A stretch of 64,000 nt of DNA from Octopus sinensis (lineage: Eukaryota), in the NCBI RefSeq assembly GCF_006345805.1, contig NC_043001.1:112158001-112222000 (forward strand), read 5' to 3'. Made by a program: the position numbers and the translations under genes. This document shows positions 63,560 through 64,000 of this stretch, in pieces. Position 1 is the stretch's first letter. Every line of letters begins with the position of its first letter. A model generated the notes under the pieces. That model searched no databases. It was given only the letters and a program-made list of their open reading frames with translations, and was not told the DNA's origin.

Positions 63560-63602
63560 TGACGTCATCACAGTTCAATGAACATCGGTTGACAGCCAAT
63601 GA
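63560..63602 (+). promoter_or_regulatory. Possible CRE + CCAAT box pair
   Basis: Perfect TGACGTCA at 63560-63567 and AGCCAATGA at 63594-63602 in non-repeat sequence; no transcript evidence. Confidence 0.25.
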
Positions 63603-64000
63603 TAGATGACCCATCTCACAGGAACATATTCTGGTTTCGGCGACAATATGTCGCCACCTCGGGGACCCCCCACTGACCTGAACATGCGCACAGACATTAC
63701 ACACAGTGCGCAAACACACACACACACACACATAGAGACAAAGACACACATTTATATTCATAAATATGCATACACACTAAAATCCCTAATAAACACGCAT
63801 AAAAAAACAAACTCCTTAGTACACACACAATGTTTCCCCACTAGATCACCGTGACCTTAATCCCGATCAACACAGTAACACCATTGTTATTGTTAGCACA
63901 AAGGATTAATGGATAAAGTTACCAGGAGTAGTGTTGGCAATGGTTATGGAGAAACTTTACCGTAACCGTCAATATTGCTCAACCATAGTTCTAGCACCTC

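Overview
AT-rich eukaryotic DNA made mostly of microsatellites and transposon debris. The SINE families and the (TA)n/(CATA)n/(ACT)n tract load suggest an octopus or related cephalopod; this is inferred from recalled repeat families, not from a database search. No host gene could be named, only weak candidate exons (best 34113-34200 +). Contents: three abundant SINE families (here A, B, C); a 5'-truncated Neptune-type Penelope-like element (RT + GIY-YIG, frameshifted) nested inside a SINE; several solo Penelope terminal repeats; L1/Tx1, RLE-type (R4/Dong-like), CR1/Jockey-like and RTE LINE fragments; three mariner relics; a short non-autonomous Helitron; a MITE; and several minisatellites. Most interesting observations: (1) a family-wide non-canonical hammerhead-like core (CUGUNGA) in the Penelope terminal repeats; (2) a tRNA-headed element carrying a hammerhead, preceded by a fold-back palindrome; (3) SINE C lacks poly(A), appears to share its tail with the Tx1 3' UTR, has TSDs starting RG and inserts into its own head; (4) a Thr-rich open frame ending in a WSC-like Cys motif. 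All translations, alignments and counts were done by eye.
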